Made by a program: the position numbers and the translations under genes | The notes under the pieces: model-generated | The model's database searches: none | Seen by the model: the letters and a program-made list of their open reading frames with translations, nothing else | What the model was told of the DNA's origin: nothing | Assembly: GCF_021869535.1 (NCBI RefSeq) | Contig: NW_026262701.1 | Coordinates: 21,576,001-21,640,000 of the forward strand | Direction: 5' to 3' | DNA: 64,000 nt | From: Mytilus californianus | Taxonomy: Eukaryota | Shown here: positions 23,390-35,667 of the stretch, piece by piece | Layout: each line of letters begins with the position of its first letter | How positions within the stretch are numbered: position 1 is the stretch's first letter

Positions 23390-24351
23390 ACATTGAGAAT
23401 GGGAATGGGGAATATGTCAAAGAGACAACAACCCGACCATAGAGCAGATAACAGCCAAAGGCCACCAATGAGTCTTCAATGGAGCGAGAAAATCTCGCAC
23501 CTGGAGTGGGCCTCAGCTGGCGCTAAATAAAAATGTGTACTCGTTCAGAGAAATGGACGTCATACTAAACTCCAAAACATATAAATGAACTTAAATTAAA
23601 AAATATACAAGACCAAGAAAGGCCAGAGGCTCATGACTTGGGACAGGCGCAAAAATGCGGCGGGGTTAAACATGTTTTCTGAGATCTCAACCCTCCCCCT
23701 ATACCTCTAGCTAATGTAGAATAAAGAAACACACAGCAATACGCACAGTAAAACTCAGTTCAAAAGAAGTCCGAGTCCGATGTCAGAATAAGTAACAAAA
23801 GAAACTAAGGAAAATGACAATGATACATCAATAAACAAAGGACTACTAGCAGTTACTGACATGCCAGCTCCAGACCTCAATTAAACTGATTGAAAGATTA
23901 TGTCTTCATCATATGAAGAACAAGCACAATCCCTTCCGTTAGGGGTTTAGTATCATACCATCATAACATATATGAGAAGAACATAACCCGTATCATGCCA
24001 ACAACTGGTTTTAGAATAAATGTGTTTATTTCCGATGCAAATATCCTATCAGTGAATCAATATTAGTACCAAAATATGCCATTCTTAATGACTTGACAAC
24101 AGTATCGTAGCTATATCCATTCTGAATAAGTCTGTTTAAAGGTTTGGATTAGCTTTTGAGGTGAATGCCGACATTTTTGTGCTTTGTAAAACACCATGTA
24201 AAGAATATTACCATTAAAGATTAGATGTGAAATACCTGAACGTATAAGATGTCTGCATGTTGATTTATATTTACTAATGTGTCCTTGTACCGATGATAAA
24301 ATTTAGTAAAGGTATTGACTAGTTTGTGATATCGAAAACCCTGGTGTAATA
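23390..24351. mobile_element. ~960-bp interspersed repeat ('GAGAATGGGAATGGGGAA..GTCAAAGAGACAAC' family)
   Basis: Absent at the homologous site in the copy-2 block (about 38060-38075); AATA at both junctions; shared with block 3 at 62671-63621. Confidence 0.8.
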
Positions 24352-24779
24352 TTTTTTATAAAAGTATTCCTAAAATAAACCATCCAAGTTTGATACAGAT
24401 TTAACAATGAATTATTTGTAGTGAAATGAAACCATGCCAGCACGTGTTTTGAACAATTTCCTTGTCGAATAATCAAACAATGGAATTTTATTAGCATTGT
24501 TTTACAAATATAGATAACACTATAATTATGATGTAAATGTTATGTTATAATAATTATACTGTAAAATCATGCAGAGTCAAGCGAACAATTACATGTTTTA
24601 AATTATTATCCGCTTCTATTTGTCGTGTAATGTTTGATTTAGTCACCATCTGTTTATAATGTATTATACGATGCAATACAGCTATTGTGTAGTCTTGGTA
24701 CACTTTCTGGCAACTTTTACAGCTGATGAATATGGTGACTTTGCTGAACGCTTTCATCCCATGGAACTGAATATAAAGG

Positions 24780-25010
24780 TAGTCCACTGATATAGATAAC
24801 CTGCCTTATATCTAAATCTACATCTAGCAATTGACAATGAGGATAGTTTGAGTACTGAACTGTACAGTAAAAGACATGATCTAAGCTTTCATATTGTTAA
24901 CTTTCCATTTCTATGTATCAACATTCCAGCAGCGGTTTCATATGTACTATATATCTCCCAGTGTATATAATCTTACACAGCTTGCGTCTCCTATCTAGGG
25001 TGTTACCAAA
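24780..25010 (+). mobile_element. Decayed Penelope-like RT C-terminal fragment
   Basis: CTACATCTAGCAATTGACAATGAGG...CATATTGTTAACTTTCCATTTCTATGTATCAACATTCCAGCAGC. Confidence 0.7.
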
Positions 25011-25739
25011 TTTCCAACACCGACAGTTTCTATAGAAGCAATAGGCTTTATGTTCATGTAAGTTTTTAAGGAGCAGCGAACCAGTATGTCTAATATTTGT
25101 TTAGGATTCTAATAACTGAACCAATGTAGGTTCGTGGACTCGTCATTTGGACTCTTGTGGAAAGTTGTTCCATTACCACATCTCCTCATGTTTATGTACT
25201 AACGTGTAAGAGATTGAATAAATCTCAGGAAATTTAGGCCAAACCGTTACTCTAGACGCAATGTTTAAACCATAATAACTTTGTGTCGACCAATCAGGGC
25301 TTTTTTTTTAAGGTAAGGTTTATAACTTGATTAGTAAAATCTACCAAAAGTTTTATCTTTTAGTTTCAATGTTTTATTCACATAAGAAAGTTAGAAATAT
25401 TTTGGAAAACTACTTTTTAACCCTCTTGCTGCCGGTAGTTTTATATGGTTGCATTTCGTCAGCCAGAAAATACGACAGCTGGACAATTGTGACGTCATAT
25501 GCCTTAAAATGACGTCATTCGATATGTATGACGTCATGCCCATTATTAAACCTTTAAATTTTCATGACTATTTGTTCACGCGCTTTTGGCTTTCTGCGCT
25601 ATATAGCGTCTTTACTAAGCCTTTTATGCTGTATTTAAGTTGAACGAGTTGAACTGTGTGATAAGCGTTGCGAAAATTAGAACAAAGCAACACTTTACCC
25701 TATTCCAATTTGAAAAGATAAAGAGGTTAAGTATAACTT

Positions 25740-26336
25740 TCAACGATTTCAGCTTCCCAATTGTGAACTTTCCATTTCTATGTAGCAACATTCCGGCAGC
25801 GCCTGCATACGGTGTATATATCTCCCAATTGATACGATATTCCCGGGCTTGTGTTTCCTATTATGATTTCCTTGATAGAGGATTGCTGCTCACAAGGAAG
25901 CTATTAAGCCAAGAGTTCCAAATGGTGAAGTTGAAATCATCCCTTCGTAAATTTTACGGACGCCATCACGAGTTAATTAACCGTTATGGAATAACCGTTT
26001 CACAGATGATATTGGATATGTTCCTTATGTCGTAACTACAATATCCTTCCATTTTCACGAATGTGACTTACCGAATTAGACTATTTACCGGATTTGTAAT
26101 AACATAAGCAACACGACGGGTGCCACATGTGGAGCAGGATCTGCTTACCCTTCCGGAGCACCTGAGATCACCCCCAGTTTTTGATGGGGTTCGTGTTGCT
26201 TAGTCTTTAGTTTTCTATGTTGTGTCATCTGTACTATTATTTGTCTCTTTGTCTTTTTATTTTTGGCCATGGCGTTGTCAGTTTGTTTTCGATCTATGAG
26301 TTTGACTCTCCCTCTGGTATCTTTCGTCCCTCTTTC
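25740..26336 (+). mobile_element. 5'-truncated Penelope-like retroelement, well preserved
   Basis: ORF DFSFPIVNFPFLCSNIPAAPAYGVYISQLIRYSRAC...KLKSSLRKFYGRHHEL followed by a complete-looking 3' tail. Confidence 0.85.
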
Positions 26337-27269
26337 AAAGAGATAACTTTCCAAAAAAACCAACGATCAAAGATGTGAACAATGACAATAACAGTTTGCA
26401 GTACGACATTTTACAAAGAGCAAACCCCATACCACATAGTAAGCTAAACATAAACTATGACAAAATACCGAACACCAAAGCGTCGTTGCTCAACTCAATT
26501 TGTTACCATCAAACCGCCAATTGAAACTCGCAAATTTTTAAGTACTTAATACTTAATTCTCCTAATTTTCAACCAAAATTCCTTTTCCCAGGCCACATCG
26601 TAAGTATTATAATACAACAGCTGTAACTTGTTACCGTGTGATTGAATAGAAAACAATATATCAATAGATTAGGCATTACAGAAAAAAAGATTGAAAACTT
26701 GAACCGAATTAATCAATACAGATAGTTCTAATATGACGTTCTTTTTTCAAAGCGATTTTGTATTTCCAATGTAACAATTTATGCAAAATTCTTTATCTGC
26801 ACGTAACTCAATCTTATAAGTTTTTATGATATGAAAGGACGTTCTCAATAACAAAACGTACAAAATGATTTTCCGGCAAGGGCCTTATCAAAGTACTATA
26901 GTACTATTTACTCGGACGAATTAATCAATACAGATAGTTCTAATATGACGTTCTTCTTTCGCTTTGGAATCAAAATGTTACAATTACAATAGAATATGGG
27001 CTGCACGTGATTGACGTCACAATTGAAATTGCAAGTCTGTATTTTGAACAACGCCTGAAAACAAAATGGACATTTGTGTTGGCGTATCTCGCTAGGAAAT
27101 TAAATAAAATCATATTAAAAGTAAGTTAACATGCATCTGTTCATATTTTACCTTGAAACGGTAGATTTTCTAAATTGTTTTGGTTTCATAAATCATAATG
27201 GCTGCCATTCAAATGTGTATTATAGGCCAACTTCGAAGTACAAAAGTTCTAAATTTTCCCATTAGAATC

Positions 27270-27403
27270 GAAATAATTCTATCATGCCATGTTCTATGCT
27301 CATTTTAACATGGGTATGCTGACGCTAGGTATAAAGATATTGACAAATATAATGCCTTCCAATATTAAAATGAGCATAGAGCATGGCATGAAATAATTAT
27401 TTC
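27270..27403. mobile_element. 134-bp MITE-like inverted repeat
   Basis: CATGCCATGTTCTATGCTCATTTTAA (27283-27308) vs TTAAAATGAGCATAGAGCATGGCATG (27365-27390), 1 mismatch; arms extend imperfectly to about 39 bp. Confidence 0.7.
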
Positions 27404-29820
27404 TTAAGCATCTACTGATCCCCGTATAACTGGTAGAAGTATTTTAATTGTTTTTAAATACATAGGGCAATATATCAAGTATTAATGACGATTAGAATTC
27501 AACAAATTTGTGAGAAATTTTGGCACAGAGGATCGACATTTAAGAAGTTCTCAGGGAAGGGTCAGAATTATTGCTTTACAACATGACTCCAAAGACCCCA
27601 ACATATTTTACAAATACTCTTTTATTCGTTTGGTGTGTTTGAGATTTTTATCTTGACATCTTATAAAAGACTTTCCGAGTTCTTTATTTTTGTTATTTTT
27701 TTTTTTACCTGCAAAAAGACCTTTTCGGAAAATAAGTGAAATAATTATATGTATGGTCTAATCTGTTCCAATATTATTGTGCATTTTGTTAAAAAAATAA
27801 TATTTCAACTTATTGGACCATATTTCATATGTTCATGATTCTATGTATTCAATCTTGCAAAACATAAAGGTATCATGTTGTCCCTCTTTTTGCTCCGCAA
27901 GACAGGAAAGAACAAACATTTATATATCATACATTCGTTCGTTTCCGGCAGATGCTTTGCACTGAGAATACATATCAGAACTTGTAGTAAAGTGTTAACT
28001 TCTACGTCATTTGGCAATTATAACACCTCTTCTAGTGTTTATGACTATGATACAGTTGATTTGTTCCGACAGTGGACTCTTTCACGGGAAAATCAACCTC
28101 CAACGATTCAACTGATAAAAAACTTACCTTTTCGTGCCGTTGGCAGTTTTAATAAAGCTATAGAATAAGAGTAACAAACATTGAATAAAGAAAAATAAGT
28201 TGGAATATTAGAGCAAATTGACTAAAGAACACATAAGCTGAGAAAAAAAGGGGTCATGAACTTGAGTGTTTCAGACCAATTCGAAAAATGTAGTTCAATT
28301 AAGACGGGTCAATTGTAAATCTTAATTGTTCTTATCATAGTAATTTGAAAATGAAATATGAAATTTACTCCTCAGAACGTTCATTTTAAAATATCAATAT
28401 ATAACGACTATTTTCTATGTAAGGGAACGCTTGGTATCTTTTTTTTAAAAACGAAGACTGAAAACCGAAGGATTACAATAAAAAAAAACTTTAAGTTGAA
28501 GAGAAAAATACAGTTTTACAAAGCATAACACAGAAAACTAAAGACTGAGAACAACAAAACCACAGAAATGATTGATGGTGCTCGGGAAAGGTTTAGATCA
28601 TGCACCACTTGTGAAAACCATAGCATTGAACATGACAAGTAAAGGTGTAATTACATTTGTGGTAGCAATATCTCTGACTTGATCATTTACCAGTTATATA
28701 TAGAGCATGTTTATTGGTATCTTTTATCTATTCCATTCGTTTGATGTATTTGAGCTTTTGATTTTGCCATTTTGATAAGGGATTTTCCGATTTTAATTTT
28801 CCTTGGAGTTCGGTATTTTTTTGTTAACTTCTTTTTTTACGTAACTACAGACACGGGCATAACGAACCAGTAGGGAAATAAAGCACCATAATAAGGGACC
28901 AAAGGAGCATCATCGTTTTCAAATTGAAAATTAACAAATTGAATAGGGAACGTACGTATACAATATAGATGCTGTAAGGGACAAAATGTATTCATCTCAT
29001 CGCTCATAGTGGTCTCTATATTAATGTTTAGGTTCCTCGAAATTTTTTCAAGAGAATTGTCAATTCGTCATTCCATCCTTCTGTTGTGTGACCGAAAATA
29101 ATGGTTTCCGGAATACATCTTGACCATTCCTTCTTTAATTTGATTAATCTTAAACAGATGAAAAAAACGGGGAATGGAAAGAATCCTATTAATATTGGGG
29201 TCAATAAGTCAAAGATCAAGGTCGCTGTTACTCAAAACGGATTTTTTGTTGGGAAAATGGTTTCCGGAATAAAAAGTTTGAGGTAAATAAGGTAAGATTA
29301 AGGTCAATGTTGCTCCCGACCTTCCATGATTTTAAAATAAGACGAGCTTACATAAACTTAGATGTTTCGCAGTTTAAGTATCATATATTTACCTTTTTTT
29401 AAAACCACGGAAGATATTTTTTCAGCTTATCATGGTTTAATGCACTGTTTTCTGGTAACCTGGTCTAGTCAAGACAACACACAGATCTATCAAGTTTCTT
29501 TGAGACTGTAATTAAAGACGATCACAGATAGGTCATATCGCGATCGTAACGTCTATATATATATATAACAAAAAGCAATGTCAGACAAAACTCAACGTCA
29601 GTAAAAGCGCAACATCAGACAAAACGCAACATCATAAAATTAGCAAATAGCGGACAAAAAGCGCCTTATCAAAGGCATTGACCTTATATTTGATGAATAT
29701 AGTGGTAGAGGTATGTATCATTGAAAAAAGAACTAAAACTTGGAGAATTCAGATCAACTTAGATCTTTTGTTTTATAGTAATTATGTGTGCTTTATCGAC
29801 TTTCAAAAATGAAAATATAT

Positions 29821-30148
29821 AATAACATCGCATGTTGAATTGATGCATTTATCAAATATTATGACTATTTGTGATGTCCATTGGTATTATACCCATTTTT
29901 TTCTCATCTAAAGCTTTGTGATATTTTACCAAAAAATATATTAAAAAATAATTTACAAAATTTAATGTTTTTATTAATTTCGTTCTTTTTATTTGAGGCG
30001 GCTTTTTTGGGGGGACATTATTTGGTTCTGAACAAAGTAAGATATTCCATGACCTTAATTAAGAGAGAAAAGGTAAGATAATGCTATTTTTGGCTCTTTG
30101 AGTTTTGTCTTACATATTAGCATGAAGTCTTCAGGCTTATTTCATTAA
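29821..30148. repeat. ~330-bp segment duplicated at 39262-39604
   Basis: AATAACATCGCATGTTGAATTGATGCATTTATCAAATATTATGACTATT...CTTCAGGC.TATTTCATT(T)AA at both sites. Confidence 0.9.
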
Positions 30149-30451
30149 ACGCAAAACAGCAAAAACTGTCATAAAAAGCTTCATTTTGATATCTTGTCAT
30201 AAAAAATTAGATATAAGCATCAGCTCTACCTAAAATATATTTTCCTACATTACTTGGTAAAGAATTCTGCAGTATGATATTAGCCAGCTGAGACTGTGTT
30301 ATATGGTTTCTGTAATCAACTAGATATGTTGTGATGTTGACCATAAAATCAGATATAGATACGTTTTCATAGATTATAACCTTGTGATAGACAACTTGCA
30401 AATCGATATGATTCACAATAATGTATATATATATATATATAAATATATAAA

Positions 30452-31048
30452 TTCTAAATTGAAAACAACGTTCAAACCTATGATTGCGTTGGATAAAAAC
30501 CGCAATTTCTATACGTGTGCATGTAAAACAAATTTCTTGGTAGAGGGGTCTAAATACAGCACAAACAACAATTTCCAAAAAGACCAAAAAAAGTGAAAAA
30601 GTCTATTTTAACAAAACGCATATGACTAACAGGTCGAACAACTGATATTCTTAAACTCTGCTGACTGCCATTGGCGATTGCCAAATAAATTGATCACCAG
30701 ATCTAACGAAATGGATCTTAATAATTACTTTAACACCAAACAGAAAACAATAAACTTGCGGAGAAGATGGTATACCGCAAACATGAGGTGAAAAAATTTG
30801 TACACCATATCCGGATTTCGACAATCTCGTCAGTGATGTTAGGGATCGAAACGGTATTTGGAAGGCCATATAATTTACTTCAATTAAGGATAGACTCTTG
30901 AATTTTAAAGAGTCGAAATAGGATGAACGGATCATATAAACCCAAATGAAAACATAATACAAGCCCAAACGAAAAAAGATATAAAAGTCTAAATTGAAAA
31001 CAACGTTCAAACCTATGATTGCGTTGGATAAAAAACCGAAATTTTATA
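30452..31048 (-). mobile_element. Penelope-like terminal-repeat (pLTR) type unit with ~60-bp direct repeats and an internal hammerhead
   Basis: TCTAAATTGAAAACAACGTTCAAACCTATGATTGCGTTGGATAAAAA at about 30452 and 30988; hammerhead at 30802-30839. Confidence 0.6.
30802..30839 (-). ncRNA. Minimal type-I hammerhead ribozyme
   Basis: Minus strand ACATCA / CTGACGA / GATTGTC / GAAA / TCCGGA / TA / TGGTGT: 6-bp stem I, G10.1-C11.1 stem II, palindromic stem III ATCCGGAT, AUA triplet, predicted cut between 30808 and 30807. Confidence 0.85.
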
Positions 31049-33316
31049 TGTATATATATTTATTTCTATTCCGTTATATTTGGAATTTCCCTATTCTATT
31101 TCTATCTTTAGACTTGTGGTACAAGTTTGGCTAGTATGTAAATCAGAAGTGGTCTGATGTTACTGTTGTTTTCTGCACGAATATTTCGAGGGCGGTAGTA
31201 CGGGTGGGGTTTTATAGGCATATATAAGTCCTGATTACGTTTGATTATTATCGATGTGCTCCAGTAACTTTGATAGACGAAGTTAACGTTAAGCTCTGCA
31301 TAATATATTACAGTTATGTTTGTATTGATATGTATTTAGAGGACATTGTGAATGTATATAGATGGAATTGTGGTATATTTTTGTAATTTGTAAAATGTTT
31401 ACAAGATATTAAATGTTGTTTCGCTGAGAAAATAAGAAAGTTACTGCGAGCAAACAAACCTAAATTATGACTTGTCTCTTATTTAGCCATGTATTTAGTA
31501 TAGAAATGTTTTAAATTCGGACGAATTCATGAGGGAGAATTTAAATATAAATCATACGCATCTCGAACTCGGTAAAAATGTATTCTGCATTAAAATGGAA
31601 TATTATATTCAGTAAAAGTCTTGATCAGTATATAGTTTCTGTATCAATGTTGCAAGAGTTGTTCTAACAATGTATATATCACATTCTAGAAATTAAGAAA
31701 TCACATAAAAGTTTTAAAAAACGAAACCATATGTTTTTTTTTTAAATAAAGTTAAGAGGTGTGAAATTCCAAGTGCATCAACATACAAATAACCAACCCT
31801 GCCGTGCATTATCAGTGTTTAAATTTAACCATAACGCTTTAATATTAAAGGAAAAGAATGAATGCATCAATGTTTAAGTACTAGATGTACAGCCGGTAAG
31901 TATTCGAGTACGGAAAACTTTATGTTTGATTGAATCTTACATGAATCGTTATTCTAAATGGCAAAACTTTAGCCAATACCAAACAGATGGTGTGTGAAAT
32001 ATGAATTATACAAGAAAATTTGACACAAATAATCATGAAGCAAACGCCGTTTTTGCCGGTATCATCTGTTGGTTTTAATAAATTCATTCAGATGATGCAC
32101 TGCTTTTTAATCAACATAAGACTCTTGTACACACTAGTCTTGCGTTTGCTGTTTCTATCGTAAAATTGTGTGTTCAGTGTCTGATTGTAACCTTAAAACA
32201 GTGCATGCAAGTGCTGAATAGTTTAACATATATAACTATTTATTTAGAAGCATTAGATTTCAGCATCTTTGAAAATTCAATGACAAATACAAAATTTAAG
32301 TTGTTACTGAGAATGATCAACAACAAACAACTGTTATAACGCGTATTTGACTGACCAGAGTTTAAGCCTAGTATCGTTTATTAGTTTTTGCTAGTTGAAA
32401 AGATGTTGCAATATTTATCTAATGGCACGTTCTTTAAAAGGGTCTAACGAGCAATATTTTTCGTGTATATATGGCTATGAACCGATTGACCCAGCTAGTA
32501 GATAAGCATCTCCATTTTTGAAGACTCAATTCGCCTAAACTATAATCATTGTAAGGAAATTGAAAAATTGTTTTACTTGAAATTTTTAGGGTACTGCTAT
32601 GTTTCGTTCTTCATTTGAATAGCGGTGTAGCTTGTTCGTTTTACTCATTCGTCAGATGTCTGTGTAGTAATTATTTGTTGTTCTATTTTGGGGCTGTGTT
32701 TATAGCTGTATTTATTTTCATATTTGTATTCAAATATAAAGAAGATCTACATCCCTTTTAGAAGAAAACCACTAATTCACAGCCCCATTGATCTACTCAT
32801 ATAATAATATTTTACATAATATCCTATATTATGCCTTTTTTAAGCATTTATAGCTATTTTGTCTAGAGTTCAAGTCATTTCATAGAAAAACTCTACCTTA
32901 TCCTGACATGTGATGAAAATTTAACATACCTTCCATTACATATAAGGTTGCACTTGTTCCCGGAAGTTTGATAGTACAAAAACAGGTACTTCTGATCTAA
33001 GCAACAGGGCAAATATGCCCTCCTATCATGATTTCATATATTTAATTCATTATTCAAAAGAAACTTTCAACAATGGTTCTATAGTGATCCAAAGTCCTAA
33101 AGCTTTCATTTTATACCAAAATTATCCAAACAGTTTTCTTTTTGTCAAAGTTGCAGCTATGCGTATGAACTATTTTGTTTGAATTTATATGTTCTTTGTG
33201 AGCGGGCCCGGGCTAGTGGTTCTATACCTATAACAGAACCAAACTTGCTACATTGACTTCTCCTTTCGCCAATAAAATTTATGCTCTATTTCAAGCAAAG
33301 AAAAGTACATATATAA

Positions 33317-33950
33317 AAATAAGGAGATGTGGTATGATTGCCAATGAGACAACTATCCACCAAAGTTCAAATGAAGTGGATGTATGCAATTAAAGGCAAC
33401 CTCACGGCCTTCAACAATGAGAAAAACCCATACCGTATGGTCGGCTATAAAAGGCCCAGACATGAAAAATATGAAACAATTCAATTGAGAAAACTATTAA
33501 AACATTTTACGAAAAACAAATATGACAGACATGAACCAACGACAACCACTGAACTACAGACACCTGACTTACAACAGGCACATAAAGAATGTGGCGGGGT
33601 TAAACATGTTTGTTATCGCAGTTACTGATAGCTAGTTCAAAGCCAATAACAACTAATAAAAACAATCATGTATCTAAGACTAAAATATCAATCAGTACAC
33701 ATCCAACATCCAATGGATTTAGTGTAAAGACGTCTTAAACAATCAGAGAAAAACATGACCTTGTGCAATGCCAAACTATGTGTATCGAAAGGTTGTAGTA
33801 CCGTGAAAGTACATATGTGTAATATTTAGTATGATTTTAATTTACTTATAACAAAATCAATATTTATACCAATAAAACAATATTAAAAGATTTAATTACA
33901 GTGTTGAATAGAAAACCTTTTGGAATAAGTTTATTTAAAGAATTGATAAT
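33317..33950. mobile_element. ATGATTGCC-family repeat, long form
   Basis: Family head and core; inserted relative to the block 3 homolog (about 54510). Confidence 0.8.
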
Positions 33951-34019
33951 TTTACCCGGATCGTATCGTATATAAAATGTTTGTCCCAACATTGTTTCTC
34001 TTAATTCAAGTTCAAACTA

Positions 34020-34290
34020 AGTCCTGTCCTAAGTCAGGAACCTGTTGTTCACTGTATGTCGTTTGTCGATGTGGTTCCTAAGTGTTTCTCGTTTCTTGTT
34101 TTTTTTTATATGGATTAGACTTATGTTTTTCCTGTTGGAATGGTTTTACACTAGTCTTTTTTGGTACCCTTTATAGCTTGTTGTTCGGTGTGAGCCAAGG
34201 CTCCGTGTTGAAGGCCGTCCTTTGACCTATAATGGTTTACTTTTACAAATTGTGACATGGATGGAGAGTTGTCTCATTGGCACTCATACC
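34020..34290. mobile_element. ATGATTGCC-family repeat, opposite orientation
   Basis: CCTGTCCTAAGTCAGG...GTTGTCTCATTGGCACTCATACCACATCTTC is the reverse complement of the family head and core. Confidence 0.8.
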
Positions 34291-35201
34291 ACATCTTCTT
34301 ATATCTATAAATGGTAGTAACATTTGCGTTGTCCAAAGAAAACTGCATATGGATAATATTATAGTGACCGATATGAGACTTTTTCTATTATCAATAGTAA
34401 AAGTATGTAAATATCTACTCATTCAACAATGTTCTTACTTATAAGTCTTTATCTTATCAGAATTTGCTCATAGAATACAGATATAGTGCATGGTGCAAAC
34501 AGAAAATAATAACTGAGATTTTTGTCCCTCCTGTTTTCTGCAAGTAGGAAAACGAATATTTTTGGTGCACACCACACTTTTCCTGTGTATAAGATTACCT
34601 GGATAAACTCAGCAATTTATGTATCTCCTAGATAGGGCTTCAAACGTATTCTTTTTGGTGCAAAACAGCAAACACTGTCAAATTAGCCTCATTTCGATAT
34701 CTTGTGATTGATATTAGATACTTGTATGATTAATAGATTAACCCAATCGTGTGTAAAATGGCTTTTTGTGAAAAAACTGTTGCTACTCATTTATATGTTG
34801 ACCAAAAGCTTAGCTTCAATGTCCGTTTTAGGTAAATTACGAAAATTTCGAGATAATTATGACGTCATGGTGACACCACAAATTACCGTTTTCCATTAAA
34901 GTGTCAAGATTATATTAACCTGTTCATTTGTCAATTAAACTCAGATAAGTTGAGAGGCTTGATATCTACTTTTTTTTGCGATATCAGGGGCCACATAATT
35001 GCTCTTATCCTAGATCTCCTTTGAATGATAGGCGTTATTTAACGAAATGATTTTTCAAGAAAAATTGTTTTCTTTTGCAAAAATTTACACACAATTTATA
35101 AAATATTCGTGTTTTGCTGTCTGCAAATCAATGCAACACAACAGTAACGATGGATGGCTACAAACAAAAAGTTATTAAAAGGAAACACAAATAAAAAATT
35201 A

Positions 35202-35207
35202 TTTATT
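35202..35207 (-). terminator. Poly(A) signal AATAAA, mfp-3 copy 2
   Basis: Position homologous to copies 1 and 3. Confidence 0.65.
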
Positions 35208-35253
35208 CATCATTCATATGCATATCAATATTGATATCTTTCTTGTTTCAGTT

Positions 35254-35412
35254 CTAATTCAGATAGCCTTTGTTTCCATAATATGATCCTACCCATGGAC
35301 CGTTATTCCAGCCCTTATTCCAGCCATAACGTCCGTGATATCCATTGTATCCATTATAGCCATAGTAACCATTGTTGTATTGCCATGGTGAATTATATCC
35401 TGGATAATAATC
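35254..35412 (-). CDS. mfp-3: mfp-3 copy 2 last exon: DYYPGYNSPWQYNNGYYGYNGYNGYHGRYGWNKGWNNGPWVGSYYGNKGYLN* (in frame with exon 1 only if the cryptic acceptor giving exon start 35399 is used)
   Basis: Open, stop-free paralog of exon 3; the canonical acceptor is out of frame with exon 1 because the micro-exon is missing. Confidence 0.8.
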   Translation of the reverse strand, partial: DYYPGYNSPWQYNNGYYGYNGYNGYHGRYGWNKGWNNGPWVGSYYGNKGYLN

Positions 35413-35571
35413 CTGAAATAAAGAAAAACAATTAAATTTTGAATCAATTATGATGTAATCGACATACATTTATTTCAACAGTTACGTATATATAGTATGT
35501 TTGACAATTAGTGAAAATATTTAAAGAATTGAACTTGATGAACTGCTTTAATAACCCAAGCTTTTACTTAC

Positions 35572-35638
35572 CACTCTGCACGGCAAATAATCCAATAAGG
35601 ACTACAGCAAGTAAAACTGTGACACTGAATTTATTCAT
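35572..35638 (-). CDS. mfp-3: mfp-3 copy 2 exon 1, MNKFSVTVLLAVVLIGLFAVQS
   Basis: Intact ATG and GTAAGT donor; 4 synonymous and 1 non-synonymous difference vs copy 1. Confidence 0.9.
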
Positions 35639-35667
35639 TGCTTTTAAGTCAAGTTTTCTGCAGGGAT

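Larger units (their letters stand above)
6468..24730. repeat. Segmental duplication block 1 (paralogous to 50255-64000+), contains mfp-3 copy 1
   Basis: Colinear near-identity from ACTGAACTTCTGAT..ACTCTGGCAACAG (6475 vs 50262) to CAACTTTTACAGCTGATGAA (24730 vs 64000), interrupted by indels; identity roughly mid-90s percent by eye. Confidence 0.95.

Noticed and set aside
35413-35571. Hidden micro-exon in the copy 2 intron
   Set aside because: No AG...GT pair with a pyrimidine tract and workable intron lengths; the upstream part of ORF 35254-35469 (MYVDYII...) is intronic read-through
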